From the NCBI RefSeq assembly GCF_006345805.1, contig NC_043012.1:372001-436000 (forward strand): a stretch of DNA of 64,000 bases. The letters run 5' to 3'. A program made the translations under genes and the position numbers. The notes under the pieces were generated by a model, which saw only the letters and a list, made by a program, of their open reading frames with translations, made no database searches and was not told the origin of the DNA. Shown piece by piece: positions 63,365 to 64,000 of this stretch (position 1 is the first letter of the stretch; each line of letters begins with the position of its first letter). The DNA comes from Octopus sinensis (taxonomy: Eukaryota).

Positions 63365-63692
63365 GAAGCCTTGTGAGTGGATTTGGTAGATGAAAACTGA
63401 AAGAATTTCGTCGTATATATGTATATATATATATATATATAATATATATATATATAATATATATATATATATGGGGGGAGGGGTGTGGGGGGTATTGTGT
63501 GTGTGTTTGTATGTCTTCACAATCGATGCTGGTGTGTTTACGTCCCCGTAACTTAGCGGTTCGGCAAAATGAGACCGATAGAATAAGTACTAGGCTTACA
63601 AAGAATAAGTCCTGGGGTTGATTTGCTCGACTAAAGGCGGTGCTCCAACATGGCCGCAGTCAAATGACTGAAACAAGTAAAAGAATCAAAGA
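63365..63692 (+). mobile_element. SINE family B, 5'-truncated
   Basis: gccttgtgagtggatttggtaga...(TA)n...ggcggtgctccaacatggccgcagtcaaatgactgaaacaagtaaaagaa. Confidence 0.9.
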
Positions 63693-64000
63693 ATAATGGA
63701 CTAAGCTATGCACCTTCAATTTAGACGTACAGTGTCACAAAGTATAACAAAGTCACGCCTTTTAAACTTGGCTTCATAAATTAACTCTCGTAAGTAGAAC
63801 TTCTACAAACTCGTGTAATCAAAAGTATAGAAAGTCAACCATGGAAGTATAATTAATATGTTCAAAATTTGTATTAGGAATCTGCAGTTGGGTGAGACAA
63901 GAAACAAATCAGAATGTGGCAGTATAATGTCGAATGCCGATTCCGGTTTGTAGGTGATGTTTCTTTAGTCTTCTGCATCGATTCACACGAAGTTTTTGAC

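Overview
Eukaryotic, AT-rich DNA dense in microsatellites and transposons. The three tRNA-derived SINE families and the (TA)n/(TAA)n/(CA)n load look like an octopod (Octopus) genome; this is recognition from memory, not a database result. No intact host gene is recognisable, and nearly all ORF-track entries are microsatellite translations or decayed TE fragments. The window holds about 30 SINE copies, R4/Dong, RTE, CR1 and Penelope-like (PLE) retroelement remnants, Tc1/mariner/rosa-type DNA transposons and several MITEs. The main signal not shown by the ORF track is a dozen or more type I hammerhead-ribozyme (HHR) motifs in short repeats, most next to (TA)n tracts. Two are fully canonical (16294-16374 minus, 45507-45567 plus). 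A six-copy family carries a variant CUGUNGA core and varies mainly at the two positions an HHR leaves free (N7, H17). Other notable structures are a SINE flanked by a 102-bp direct duplication, a fold-back element around a telomere-like array, a 245-bp inverted duplication with 31-bp hairpins, and an LTR-like structured element inside a 1.93-kb tandem duplication that may be an assembly artefact. A few weak minus-strand exon candidates are also present. All coordinates and pairings were read by eye, and ribozyme activity is untested.
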